Part shown: positions 49,740 through 58,641 of the stretch, piece by piece
Position numbering within the stretch: the first letter of the stretch is position 1
How the letters are laid out: every line of letters starts with the position of its first letter
NCBI GenBank assembly: GCA_963815095.1
Contig: CAWFFH010000003.1
Location: 192,001 to 256,000, forward strand
Direction of reading: 5' to 3'
DNA: 64,000 bases
Origin: Candidatus Bathyarchaeota archaeon
GTDB taxonomy: Archaea; Thermoproteota; Bathyarchaeia; Bathyarchaeales; Bathycorpusculaceae
Translations under genes and position numbers: made by a program
Notes under the pieces: generated by a model
The model's input: only the letters and a program-made list of their open reading frames with translations
What the model was told of the DNA's origin: nothing
Database searches by the model: none

Positions 49740-50276
49740 ATGTCAGCAAGTACATCTCTCAGACAAGCCATGAGAAGATTATGGATGGACCATACGGTAT
49801 ACACGCGATTATACATTGTTTCAGCATTTGCAGACCTACCTGATGCACAAACAGTTGCAGGAAGGCTGCTTAGAAACCAAGAAGACATCGGAAACGCTAT
49901 TGTTCCATACTATGGAAAAGACGCCGGCAATAAACTTACAGATCTACTAAAACAGCACATCCTTATAGCAACTGAAGTAGTAGCTGCAGCAAAATCAGGT
50001 GACCAAGACAAACTTGGTGAAAGCTATAATAAATGGGTAGCAAACGCGGATGACATAGCCGGATTTTTAAGTTCAGCTAATCCAAATTGGCCAAAGAAAG
50101 ACGCCGCCGATCTTCTCCACCTACATCTGCAATTAATCAAAGAATTCGTAGTCGCTAGATTAGCCAAAAATTATTCCGAAGACATCAAAAAACTCGATGA
50201 ATACTTTACAGAAGGCATGCTAATTGCAGATACTCTTTCCGAAGGCGTAATCAAACAATTCGCTAATAAATTCTAA
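49740..50276 (+). CDS. Conserved helical protein with spaced His residues (possible ferritin/hemerythrin-like bundle)
   Basis: LWMDH..YTR, RLLRNQEDIG, PYYG, LLKQHI, W..NA..IA.FLS.ANPNW, LHLHL. Fold is inferred. Confidence 0.7.
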   Translation: MSASTSLRQAMRRLWMDHTVYTRLYIVSAFADLPDAQTVAGRLLRNQEDIGNAIVPYYGKDAGNKLTDLLKQHILIATEVVAAAKSGDQDKLGESYNKWVANADDIAGFLSSANPNWPKKDAADLLHLHLQLIKEFVVARLAKNYSEDIKKLDEYFTEGMLIADTLSEGVIKQFANKF

Positions 50277-50297
50277 AGAACCTGTGAGATTATAGCC

Positions 50298-50849
50298 TTG
50301 GCCCTTTTTTCTATAACTTATCCATTCGAAATTGGGCAAAAAGCACCCCCATTCAAAAACTTGCTAGGTGTCGATGGCAAACAGTATTCGCTTTCTAGCT
50401 TCGATGATAAACAAATAATTATTTTGCTGTTTATGGCTAATCGCTGCCCAACCGCAAGAGTATACACTGATAGGCTGAAGACAATTCAAAACGACTACGG
50501 GCCAAAAGGCGTTCAGCTTATCGGAATAAATTCGGATAATCAATATTTTTATTCAACTGAAGCCTTATCGAAGATGCTTGGTATATCAGAAGAAAGAAAT
50601 TATAATTTTCCCTATTTAAAAGATGAGGACCAGTCTGTAGCAAAAAGCTACGGCGCGTTAGTAACCCTGCACGCTTTTGTGCTTGATAATCAAAGGAAAC
50701 TGCGGTATAGGGGAAGAGTGGATGATTCTCGTGACCCTTCCAAAGTAACGATCAGTAGTCTAAGAAACGCTTTAGACGATTTGCTTGGGGGCAATGAGGT
50801 TAGAACTCCAGAAACGCGACCATTTGCTTGCAGCATAGAGTATTTCTGA
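50298..50849 (+). CDS. Thioredoxin-fold (AhpC/TSA-like) protein
   Basis: IGQKAPPF, FMANRCP, LIGINSD, NFPYLKDEDQSVAKSYGA, LRYRGRVDD, ACSI. Confidence 0.88.
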   Translation: MALFSITYPFEIGQKAPPFKNLLGVDGKQYSLSSFDDKQIIILLFMANRCPTARVYTDRLKTIQNDYGPKGVQLIGINSDNQYFYSTEALSKMLGISEERNYNFPYLKDEDQSVAKSYGALVTLHAFVLDNQRKLRYRGRVDDSRDPSKVTISSLRNALDDLLGGNEVRTPETRPFACSIEYF

Positions 50850-51104
50850 CAACAGAATTAGAGGAAACCAAAATGACTATTAGATTTTTGGATAGGGGAC
50901 TTTGAAATAGAACTCTACCACCTCAATTCAAAATGGTTAAAACAAAGAAGGTAATTTAGAAAAAATCATCATTCGGCAAATGACATTTGACGAATACCCA
51001 TTTAGGGGTAGCAGGATCTATTTATCATCTACTTCTTTTTACTGGAAAAATTTTAAACAAGAACAAAGAAAGAAAAGCCAGCTAACAAGAATATTCGTGT
51101 TTGC

Positions 51105-51458
51105 TTATTCTTCCTCATCCACATTCAGAAAGCGCTTTATTGTGACCATAATTTCCTGTAGCCCTTTATCGGTCAGAGGTGGATTGTATGGAATTCTAAG
51201 AACATCCCAGCCTTGAGCCGTTAAAAGGTCATCAATTTCTTCGTCGCGCTCTATTGCTTTGTCTTTTTTGTGCACAGGTATGCCGTCTATGTAGACGATT
51301 TTGCGTTTTTCCATCCAGCAAAAATCAGGAATCGTTGATTTTAGGATGATCGGTTGTTGCGTAACCATGCCAGTTGTTAATCCAGATGCGCTTAATGCTT
51401 TGAAAACCTCGATTTCCGCTCGGCTTACTTTTGGGTGCATGCGTTCTTTATAGCTCAA
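51105..51458 (-). CDS. DUF559/Vsr-like PD-(D/E)XK nuclease-fold protein
   Basis: SRAEIEV, IPDFCW, VYIDG.PVH, ERDEEID..L..QGWDVLRI. Confidence 0.75.
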   Translation of the reverse strand: MSYKERMHPKVSRAEIEVFKALSASGLTTGMVTQQPIILKSTIPDFCWMEKRKIVYIDGIPVHKKDKAIERDEEIDDLLTAQGWDVLRIPYNPPLTDKGLQEIMVTIKRFLNVDEEE

Positions 51459-51530
51459 GGTAACTCACGAAGGGTAGCATTGCATATGAGCCTTAATAAA
51501 TTATATACTAGAAACCGATTAAACTATAGT

Positions 51531-51673
51531 GGCACGCCGTAACTAAAAGTAGGCTTGACGGATCGCCCATGTCAATCCAAGACGCCAATCAAAAGTAATC
51601 CCCTAATCCTTCTTTAGGGGCGTATCAATTGCGCGTCATGATTAACGGCTGACCCGTCAAGCGTGGGTGTACC
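51531..51673 (-). ncRNA. Candidate structured non-coding RNA (~143 nt)
   Basis: Nested helices on the minus strand: GGTAC/GTGCC, GCTTGACGGGTC/GATCCGTCAAGC, GTTAATC/GATTGAC, GACGC/GCGTC, CAATTGA/TTGATTG, CCCCTAA/TTAGGGG; intergenic and GC-richer than flanks. Confidence 0.55.
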
Positions 51674-52038
51674 TCTTGGATGGCTATTTCTCGCAAGAGA
51701 ACAATTATTTATCAGCTATAAATGGTGTTGTGACTGTATTATAGTAACAACAAGCGTGTGAGCACTGCCGCCTTCATTAACTCAAAAGTCGCAACAGAAT
51801 GCGAATTATCAAACGCGATCAAGCAACAGCCCAAGATACCTATGAAAATGGAGAGAGAAAGAATCATCAACAGGACCTTTGCTGCGGTTATGCTTAACTT
51901 TTCTAGCCACCAACTTTGCACCTACTCATTGCACTCGGCTGATTAGCAAATGAGCTTTAATTAGCCAGAATAAAGATTAAAAATCAACATCAAAAAATAA
52001 CTAAAATAAGAAAAAAGTAGTGATTGAATAATTTTCTT

Positions 52039-54453
52039 TTATTCTTCGACCTTTTTGTGTTGCGTCTGGGCGCCGGGGTATTCTTTAAGTTTTTCTGCCA
52101 TTTCCCGCAACTGCTTATCAACAAGATAGTTTACTGTTCCTTCATCGTAGGTTCCATCTGCTCGCCGCTCGCCTGCCTTTGTTCCTGTAAGCACTTCAAT
52201 GCCTTCGTCGATTGTTTTAACCGAGTAAACGTTGAATTTGCCTTCTTTAACCGCGTCCACAACTTCTTCTTTGAGCATCAGGTTTTGTACGTTGCTGTCA
52301 GGAATCATAACGCCCTGCTGGCCAGTTAATCCTTTGGCTTTGCATACTTCGAAGAAACCTTCAATTTTCTCATTTACTCCGCCGATGGCTTGGACTTCTC
52401 CTTTTTGGTTAACCGAGCCAGTGACGGCTAAGTTTTGTTTTATTGGCAATCCACTGAGGGAGGAGAGAATCGAGTAGAGTTCCGTGCTTGAAGCGCTGTC
52501 GCCTTCGACACCTTCATAATTCTGCTCAAACACAAGTCTTGCAGAGAGACTCAAAAGCTTGTCTTTGGCGTATTTGTCGTTTAAGTAACCACTGAGAATC
52601 AAGACCCCTTTAGTGTGGATAGGTCCGCCCATTTTGGCTTCACGTTCAATGTCCATTACACCTTCTCGTCCCAAACCGATGCTTACGGTCACGCGTGAAG
52701 GCATTCCAAAAGCAAAATCACCCAGTCCCATAACGGACAACCCGTTCACTTGCCCAACTTTCTGATCAACCGTATCAATCAAGAAGAAACCTCTCGTGAT
52801 CATCTCTTGAATTTTTTCTTGTATAAGTTTTGATCGGTAAATCTTTTCTTCAATGGCTTTTCTAACATGGATTCCTGTTATGTAATCTGCGTTTTCTTGC
52901 GTTGCGTAATAGTTGGATTCGCGAATTATGTCGGCGATGGCTGAGAACTGAGTTGATAGTTTGTATTGGTCTTCTATAATCCTTGAACTATATTCAACCA
53001 GTTTTGCCAGTGCGCTGCCGGCGAGGTGTTTTAAGCCTTCTTTATCGCAAAGACCGCAGACGAAGGATCCGTATTGGAGTACTTTTTCGTCTGTTCTTGG
53101 CATGGTTGAGTCGAATTCTGCTTTTATCTTGAAGAGTTCTTGGAAATCCGGGTCTAAGCTGAACATTAGTTGGTAAAGGTAAGGTGTGCCAATTAGGATT
53201 ATTTTGGTAGATAACGGGATGGGTTGAGGCTTGATTGTTTTGACGCTTAAAAATCCGTAACGTTCTTCGGGTTCTTCAATAGACATTTTTTGGTCTTTAA
53301 TGTCGCGTTTTAAGCCATCATAGGAGAGTGGGTTTCGAAGCAAATCTTCAACGGGGACGATTAGGTAGCCACCGTTGGCTTTATGGATCGATCCTGCGCG
53401 AATCATGGTGAAATCGGTTGTGAGGGCGCCGAACTGAGCTTCTTTCTCAGTTCTGCCAAGCAAGTTGTGGTAGGTTGGATTAGTTTCGACGACGACTGGC
53501 GCTCCCGTAGTGCTTGAGTTGTCAATGATTAAGTTTACTTCATATTTCTTATAGGGTTCTTCTTTCATCCAGGGCATCGCAAAAGGAAATTGAGGTTCAG
53601 GTTCACCGCGCCTAATGAACTGTTGCAGATTATCCAAGATGTTGTTTTCTACTTCTTTGAGGTATGCTGCAACTTCAGAAGTATCCTTATACTTTTCAAT
53701 AAGGCTCTCCAACTGGTTTCCCAAAGCGTAGAGGGCAACTTCCTTGTTTAGCTTCTTTAGGGCTTCATGTATTTTACGTTCCATATCAATTAACTGACGC
53801 ATGGTGTTTCGGAATTCTGATTCCAATTTTTCTCTTTTTTCATTAATTTTATCTTTTGTTTTTGGAGGCAGAGCGAGCATTTCTTCTTCGCTGAGTGGTT
53901 TACCATCCAACACTGGAATGAGAAGTATACCCATTGGAGTTGTCTGAATTACGAATCCTTCACTTTGGGCTTTTACGCTTAACTCGTCAATTAACTTTTT
54001 TCGTTGGTCTTCTAATTCTTTAATTGTAACTTCTCGTCGGGCTATGTAATCGTCGCTTTCAAACGCCTTCGGAAGCGCCGTTTTAACGTTCTCAATGAAG
54101 TTTTTCATATCTTCGCGGAAATCTTTGCCCTTTCCCGCCGGCAACTTTATGGCTTTGGGTTCATACTGGTTGCCAAAATTGTTTACGTAGCACCAATCTG
54201 GCGGAACAGATTGGACCTTGGCTTGAGCTTCCACGAAATTTTTCACTGCGGTTTTTCTGCCCGTTCCAGGATAACCAGCCACATACACGTTGAAGCCGTG
54301 ATCTTTTATCCCTAATCCGAATTTTAAGGCTCGGACAGCCCTTTCTTGACCTATAATTTCATTGAGCGGAACAAGTTCCTTAGTAGATTCACACTTCATG
54401 AAATTAGCATCACAAACATTCCTAAGTTTCTCTACGGGTAATTGATTAACCAA
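52039..54453 (-). CDS. Lon-family S16 protease, LonC-like (no TM segment)
   Basis: IIGQERA, GYPGTGRKT, AGSIHKANGGYL, GQVNGLSV, FEQNYEGVEGDSAS (Ser), IGGVNEKIEGF (Lys). TTG 54453 after GGAGG preferred. Confidence 0.92.
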   Translation of the reverse strand: MVNQLPVEKLRNVCDANFMKCESTKELVPLNEIIGQERAVRALKFGLGIKDHGFNVYVAGYPGTGRKTAVKNFVEAQAKVQSVPPDWCYVNNFGNQYEPKAIKLPAGKGKDFREDMKNFIENVKTALPKAFESDDYIARREVTIKELEDQRKKLIDELSVKAQSEGFVIQTTPMGILLIPVLDGKPLSEEEMLALPPKTKDKINEKREKLESEFRNTMRQLIDMERKIHEALKKLNKEVALYALGNQLESLIEKYKDTSEVAAYLKEVENNILDNLQQFIRRGEPEPQFPFAMPWMKEEPYKKYEVNLIIDNSSTTGAPVVVETNPTYHNLLGRTEKEAQFGALTTDFTMIRAGSIHKANGGYLIVPVEDLLRNPLSYDGLKRDIKDQKMSIEEPEERYGFLSVKTIKPQPIPLSTKIILIGTPYLYQLMFSLDPDFQELFKIKAEFDSTMPRTDEKVLQYGSFVCGLCDKEGLKHLAGSALAKLVEYSSRIIEDQYKLSTQFSAIADIIRESNYYATQENADYITGIHVRKAIEEKIYRSKLIQEKIQEMITRGFFLIDTVDQKVGQVNGLSVMGLGDFAFGMPSRVTVSIGLGREGVMDIEREAKMGGPIHTKGVLILSGYLNDKYAKDKLLSLSARLVFEQNYEGVEGDSASSTELYSILSSLSGLPIKQNLAVTGSVNQKGEVQAIGGVNEKIEGFFEVCKAKGLTGQQGVMIPDSNVQNLMLKEEVVDAVKEGKFNVYSVKTIDEGIEVLTGTKAGERRADGTYDEGTVNYLVDKQLREMAEKLKEYPGAQTQHKKVEE

Positions 54454-54679
54454 AACGAAATCCTCCAATAAGTCTACTTTAAAAAACACACCTTAAACTT
54501 TTAACCCTTTCTACCAAGCGACAACATGCTATAACGACTAAATATAGTTACATATGTTACTTTTATGCAAGTTATGAATCCAACAAATTAAGTCAACCAT
54601 GGAAAATATCTATTTAGTATTCATATTCTCTGTTAACAAACCTTATTTTGGTTAGATGAGTAAACAATCTTGATGCAAA

Positions 54680-54847
54680 TTGGGCTTAAACGAAAAAATT
54701 TTAGGTTCTTTCGCTCTTATGTTTCTTAGCGTAGGTTGCGTTCCAGCCTATTTTGATCATATGTTCTATGCGGATATATTATGGATGATTGGTTTTGCCA
54801 TAATGAACATCCATGTTTTCATTTTATCGCGCAGAACAAAAATCTAA
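54680..54847 (+). CDS. Putative 55-aa two-TM membrane protein
   Basis: MGLNEKILGSFALMFLSVGCVPAYFDHMFYADILWMIGFAIMNIHVFILSRRTKI*; two hydrophobic segments and a basic tail. Confidence 0.45.
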   Translation: MGLNEKILGSFALMFLSVGCVPAYFDHMFYADILWMIGFAIMNIHVFILSRRTKI

Positions 54848-54980
54848 ACTGCATCCCGAAAAAATGAATAATTTCTTTAATCAAAGTCAGTAAAAATAAT
54901 TTATGCCGCATGAGAAGCGACAGTTGGGATATACTTGTCGTATACCTTTGCTACCATCTTTCACTGCATGCAGTTTCTGG

Positions 54981-55169
54981 CTAAATCTTTGATTGTACTC
55001 TGCCTACTTTGCCGTCTGTAAGCCGTACTTTGATGCCGTGAGGGTGGGTTGGGCTACTGGTTAAGATGTCTTTTACGGTACCTTCGGTTAATTTACCGCT
55101 GTGTTGGTCTTGCTTTAGGACGATTTTTACGCGGGTACCAGGCTTAATCTGGATTCTTGAAGGTTGCAT
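54981..55169 (-). CDS. YwbE family protein (DUF2196)
   Basis: IKPG..V.IVLKQDQ.SGKLTEG.VKDILTSS..HPHGIKVRL.DG.VGRV. Confidence 0.92.
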   Translation of the reverse strand: MQPSRIQIKPGTRVKIVLKQDQHSGKLTEGTVKDILTSSPTHPHGIKVRLTDGKVGRVQSKI

Positions 55170-55223
55170 TTGAGATAAAATGGTACTTCGAAGTTTATGT
55201 GCATTCTCATGGTATAGTCCATG

Positions 55224-55772
55224 TTATTGGTTTAGTTTTGCGAAGTGTTCTAGGGTTTCTTGGTTGCGTACTTCAGGGTGGAATAGGACGCCGTAGATGT
55301 TTTCTTGTTTGTGTTTTATAGCTTGGATACATTTTGTGGACTCCGCAAACGTTTCAAATTTTTTGGAAGATTCAACTGAATAGTTGTGGAGTGTATAAGC
55401 CTTGAAGTCGCCTTGAAAGAGCGGGTTTTCTTTTAGAGTAGAGATTTCCGCCATTCCAATCTGCAGGATAGTCGTCAAAGGGACCTCGAAAACTAAGGCG
55501 ATGGTTTGCATTCCAGCACAGATTCCCAAAATAGGTTTGTTGCAAGTTTTTATCCAATTGAATTTGTCTATTTGCTTGAGGGTTGCGTGGTCTTTGAGGG
55601 CTGTTCCCGATAGGATAATCTTGCTATAACCATCAAGAACAGTAGTGTTAACGTCCAAAAAATGTTTTACTACGCAGTCCTCAAACGGCTGAACCACTGA
55701 AACAATGGGGGAAACAAACTCGTAAAACGCCAACGAATCCCGTTTCCAGTTCATATCAACAATCAGAATCAT
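55224..55772 (-). CDS. Class I glutamine amidotransferase
   Basis: ILIVD, IILSG, PILGICAGMQ (Cys nucleophile), YGVLFHPE. Confidence 0.9.
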   Translation of the reverse strand: MILIVDMNWKRDSLAFYEFVSPIVSVVQPFEDCVVKHFLDVNTTVLDGYSKIILSGTALKDHATLKQIDKFNWIKTCNKPILGICAGMQTIALVFEVPLTTILQIGMAEISTLKENPLFQGDFKAYTLHNYSVESSKKFETFAESTKCIQAIKHKQENIYGVLFHPEVRNQETLEHFAKLNQ

Positions 55773-56449
55773 TTGGGAACCAGCCGAGCCTCCCTAATTT
55801 GATAAACCCCACAGTTACCCTTCGCCTCAACAACGGAGTCAAGGATTTCTATTTTCTGCTTAAACATCGGGGTATCCAATACGGTTGTTTCAATCTCCCC
55901 GCCTTCTCCAGAAGGGCTGATACCGTATTGCCCTTGAAGCTCCACCAACCGCCCAATCACAGATGGGTCTATTTGTTTTCCAAGCCACGTCTCATCTAGC
56001 GGATAAGCAAAAATTCCTGAAATCATCACCTTGAAGTTTTTCACAAGCAACGTTTCCAATAGTTCTTTCTGGTCGTGCTTCCATAACGGGTTGAAACACC
56101 AGATATCAAGACGGTTGCAGATCCGTTGAACCCGTGATGCTTGATAAACCGACTCTACCGCTCCCGTTACCACGCCATCAATTTGGAATCTGTTTTTAGC
56201 CTCGCAGATTGCTTTCTCCAAATCGGATAGTTCCTCTTCTTTTTTCCCCTCTGTAATCACCGAAATCAGAGGCAACCCCAACGCTTCCGCCTGCAATGCA
56301 GTAACATCAATATTGGGCGTATGGAACATGTAGCTTTCCTTGTTCTTAGAAACTACAGTGATTAGGCAAACTATCTCCTCTTTTTCCGCTGCCAGTTGCA
56401 ATGCAAAAGTTGAATCCTTGCCACCTGAAAACAGAACTCCCAATCGCAT
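55769..56449 (-). CDS. Diphthine--ammonia ligase family PP-loop ATPase (Dph6/MJ0570-like)
   Basis: LFSGGKDS, SYMFH, GAVESVYQ, PLW, GEGGEIETTVLD.P.F. Confidence 0.9.
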   Translation of the reverse strand: MRLGVLFSGGKDSTFALQLAAEKEEIVCLITVVSKNKESYMFHTPNIDVTALQAEALGLPLISVITEGKKEEELSDLEKAICEAKNRFQIDGVVTGAVESVYQASRVQRICNRLDIWCFNPLWKHDQKELLETLLVKNFKVMISGIFAYPLDETWLGKQIDPSVIGRLVELQGQYGISPSGEGGEIETTVLDTPMFKQKIEILDSVVEAKGNCGVYQIREARLVPK

Positions 56450-56753
56450 AACTTATCCTAACGCAGAAACCCCTTATATACACTGCAACGAGAATTTTCA
56501 GCTTAACTTAAGTTGCACTGTGGGAAAAGTGGAGTCTAATATGTTTCTAAATCAAAAAATAATAAAGCTTTACAAAAATATTCTATAAAATGCAAAGTTA
56601 CATATCAATTGTTTTAAAAGAAAACGGTATTCCGGCTCAGATTTCGCTGACCTCACCAAAATACGGGGAGAGACAAAAGTGTTAAATCCCTAATGCCGGA
56701 TTAAACCGAATTATGAAAATAACTCTCGACGTTTCCAGCTTTAGTTTTAACTG

Positions 56754-57866
56754 TTGATTGAGGTAATCACTATTCAGAACAGCTCTGACTTGAAAACCAG
56801 CGGATTTCCGCTCCCAGTGGACCTCATCAGAACAATTGCCATTATTCTAGTTGTAACCTATCATGTTGTTAACCAAAATTGGATTGTGGGGCAACAGAAT
56901 GCTACTCAATATTTGGTGATCTGGTCAAACACAAGCTTTTATTATTCATTTGCTCCGTTGGGCGTTCCATTGTTTCTAATGTTGACTGGTGCCCTTTTGC
57001 TGCAACCATCAAAGTTGGATGAACCAATTAGGGTGTTTTTCAAAAAACGGCTTGCCCGCATTGGTATAGCCTTCGTTTTTTGGAGTGTCATCTATTTCCT
57101 TTGGAGCTATTTTGTGGATCATGCGGCTCTTACTACTTATTCTATAACGCAGTCGCTTTTGGTGGGCGGTCCTTACTACCAGTTTTGGTATATTTACCTA
57201 CTCGTGGGTCTTTACTTGATAACGCCAATCTTGCGTGCTGTGGCAAAGTACCCTGACAAAAAAATCATGCCCTATCTCATCACTCTGTGGTTTGTAGCTG
57301 CTTCCGTGCCGCCGCTTCTTCATTTAGTCACTGGCCTTGCTATGGACAACACTCTTCTCTTGTTAGGAGGATATATTGGATATTTTGTCTTAGGTGCCTA
57401 CCTGATCGAAGTTAAGGTCAAAACTAAAGTTTTGAGTATGATCTTGGTGGCATGCGTGGTATTGACGTTTGTTGGTTTGTATTTGATGAATTTTCCTTTT
57501 CGTAACTTGGGTAATTATTATTTCTTCGATGGGTACATGTCGATGAACGTTATTTTGGCTTCTGTTGCCGCTTTCCTGTTACTAAGCAAGGTTCGAAGCG
57601 ATTGGCCTGGAAATAATAATCCGTGGTTCAATCGCTTGGTGCAAGCGATCAGCGCGAATACTTTACCCATCTTTTTCTTGCACCCTATAATCGTTGCAAT
57701 AATCAACAGAGCCATAATAGGCTTCCAAGTTATGTTTTTCATTGCGCCTCCAATCTACATTCCAATAGTTGCTGTTCCCATAGCGGTTGTCTCTACCCTG
57801 TTTATTTGCTTGGGCTTAATTATAGCAATGAAGAAAGTTCCGGTTCTCAAAAAACTAATCGGTTAA
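56754..57866 (+). CDS. Acyltransferase family 3 (AT3), paralog of 41773..42942
   Basis: PVDLIRTIAI, GVPLFLMLTGALLLQPSK..EPI.VFFKKR.ARIG, YQFWYIYLL, MKKVPVLKKLIG. Confidence 0.92.
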   Translation: MIEVITIQNSSDLKTSGFPLPVDLIRTIAIILVVTYHVVNQNWIVGQQNATQYLVIWSNTSFYYSFAPLGVPLFLMLTGALLLQPSKLDEPIRVFFKKRLARIGIAFVFWSVIYFLWSYFVDHAALTTYSITQSLLVGGPYYQFWYIYLLVGLYLITPILRAVAKYPDKKIMPYLITLWFVAASVPPLLHLVTGLAMDNTLLLLGGYIGYFVLGAYLIEVKVKTKVLSMILVACVVLTFVGLYLMNFPFRNLGNYYFFDGYMSMNVILASVAAFLLLSKVRSDWPGNNNPWFNRLVQAISANTLPIFFLHPIIVAIINRAIIGFQVMFFIAPPIYIPIVAVPIAVVSTLFICLGLIIAMKKVPVLKKLIG

Positions 57867-57918
57867 AACAGAGCCTCGAGGAGGCGAGTTTGGGCATAAA
57901 TTAAATAAGGTTTAGTCG

Positions 57919-58599
57919 ATGAACCTAATTAATATGAAATTGAACAAACAAAAAATCTTCGTGGCAACCGCAGTTGTCCTAATACTTGCGTTGGTAGGCA
58001 CAGTCATTTTTCAGTCCTTTGAATTAAACTCTGCCCGCTCTATCCGTGTTGCCTGTGTTGGCGACAGCATAACAGCGGGAACCGAATACTCAATTGATTT
58101 GTGGAATTTGCTTGGACCAAATTATAATGTAGGGAACTTAGGCATAGGCGGAGCCACAGTAACCCTGAATTTAGGAACAGGCTACAATACCTCATTTGCT
58201 TTTAAAGTGGCGAAACAGTTCCAACCAAACATCGTAATCATTATGTTGGGAACCAATGATGCAAAAGCCTCCCTCAATGAAACCAATGCAATATTCATCA
58301 GAGACTATGAACTGATCGTGCGCGAGTTTCAATCGTTACCCAACAAACCCTCCGTGTGGGTTGTACTGCCGCCCCCAATCTTTAACAACACTGTAGGGGT
58401 GAGTGAACAACTTCTTGAGCAAAATGTTATGCCAAACATCAGGGAGATTGCTAACGAGATGGGAACTGGGTTGATAGATGTACATTCGACGTTGATTGAT
58501 CACCCGGAGTTGTTCTTAGATGGAGTGCATCCGAGTTCTGATGGCGCCAAGTTAATTGCCAAAACCATTTACAATGCGTTAAGTTCAGCAAATAATTAA
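57919..58599 (+). CDS. Membrane-anchored SGNH/GDSL hydrolase
   Basis: N-terminal TM helix; blocks CVGDSIT, NLGIGG, MLGTND, DGVHP. Confidence 0.92.
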   Translation: MNLINMKLNKQKIFVATAVVLILALVGTVIFQSFELNSARSIRVACVGDSITAGTEYSIDLWNLLGPNYNVGNLGIGGATVTLNLGTGYNTSFAFKVAKQFQPNIVIIMLGTNDAKASLNETNAIFIRDYELIVREFQSLPNKPSVWVVLPPPIFNNTVGVSEQLLEQNVMPNIREIANEMGTGLIDVHSTLIDHPELFLDGVHPSSDGAKLIAKTIYNALSSANN

Positions 58600-58641
58600 T
58601 CGCTAAAAAAGATACATAATAAAGGAAAAAAATAGGTCTGT

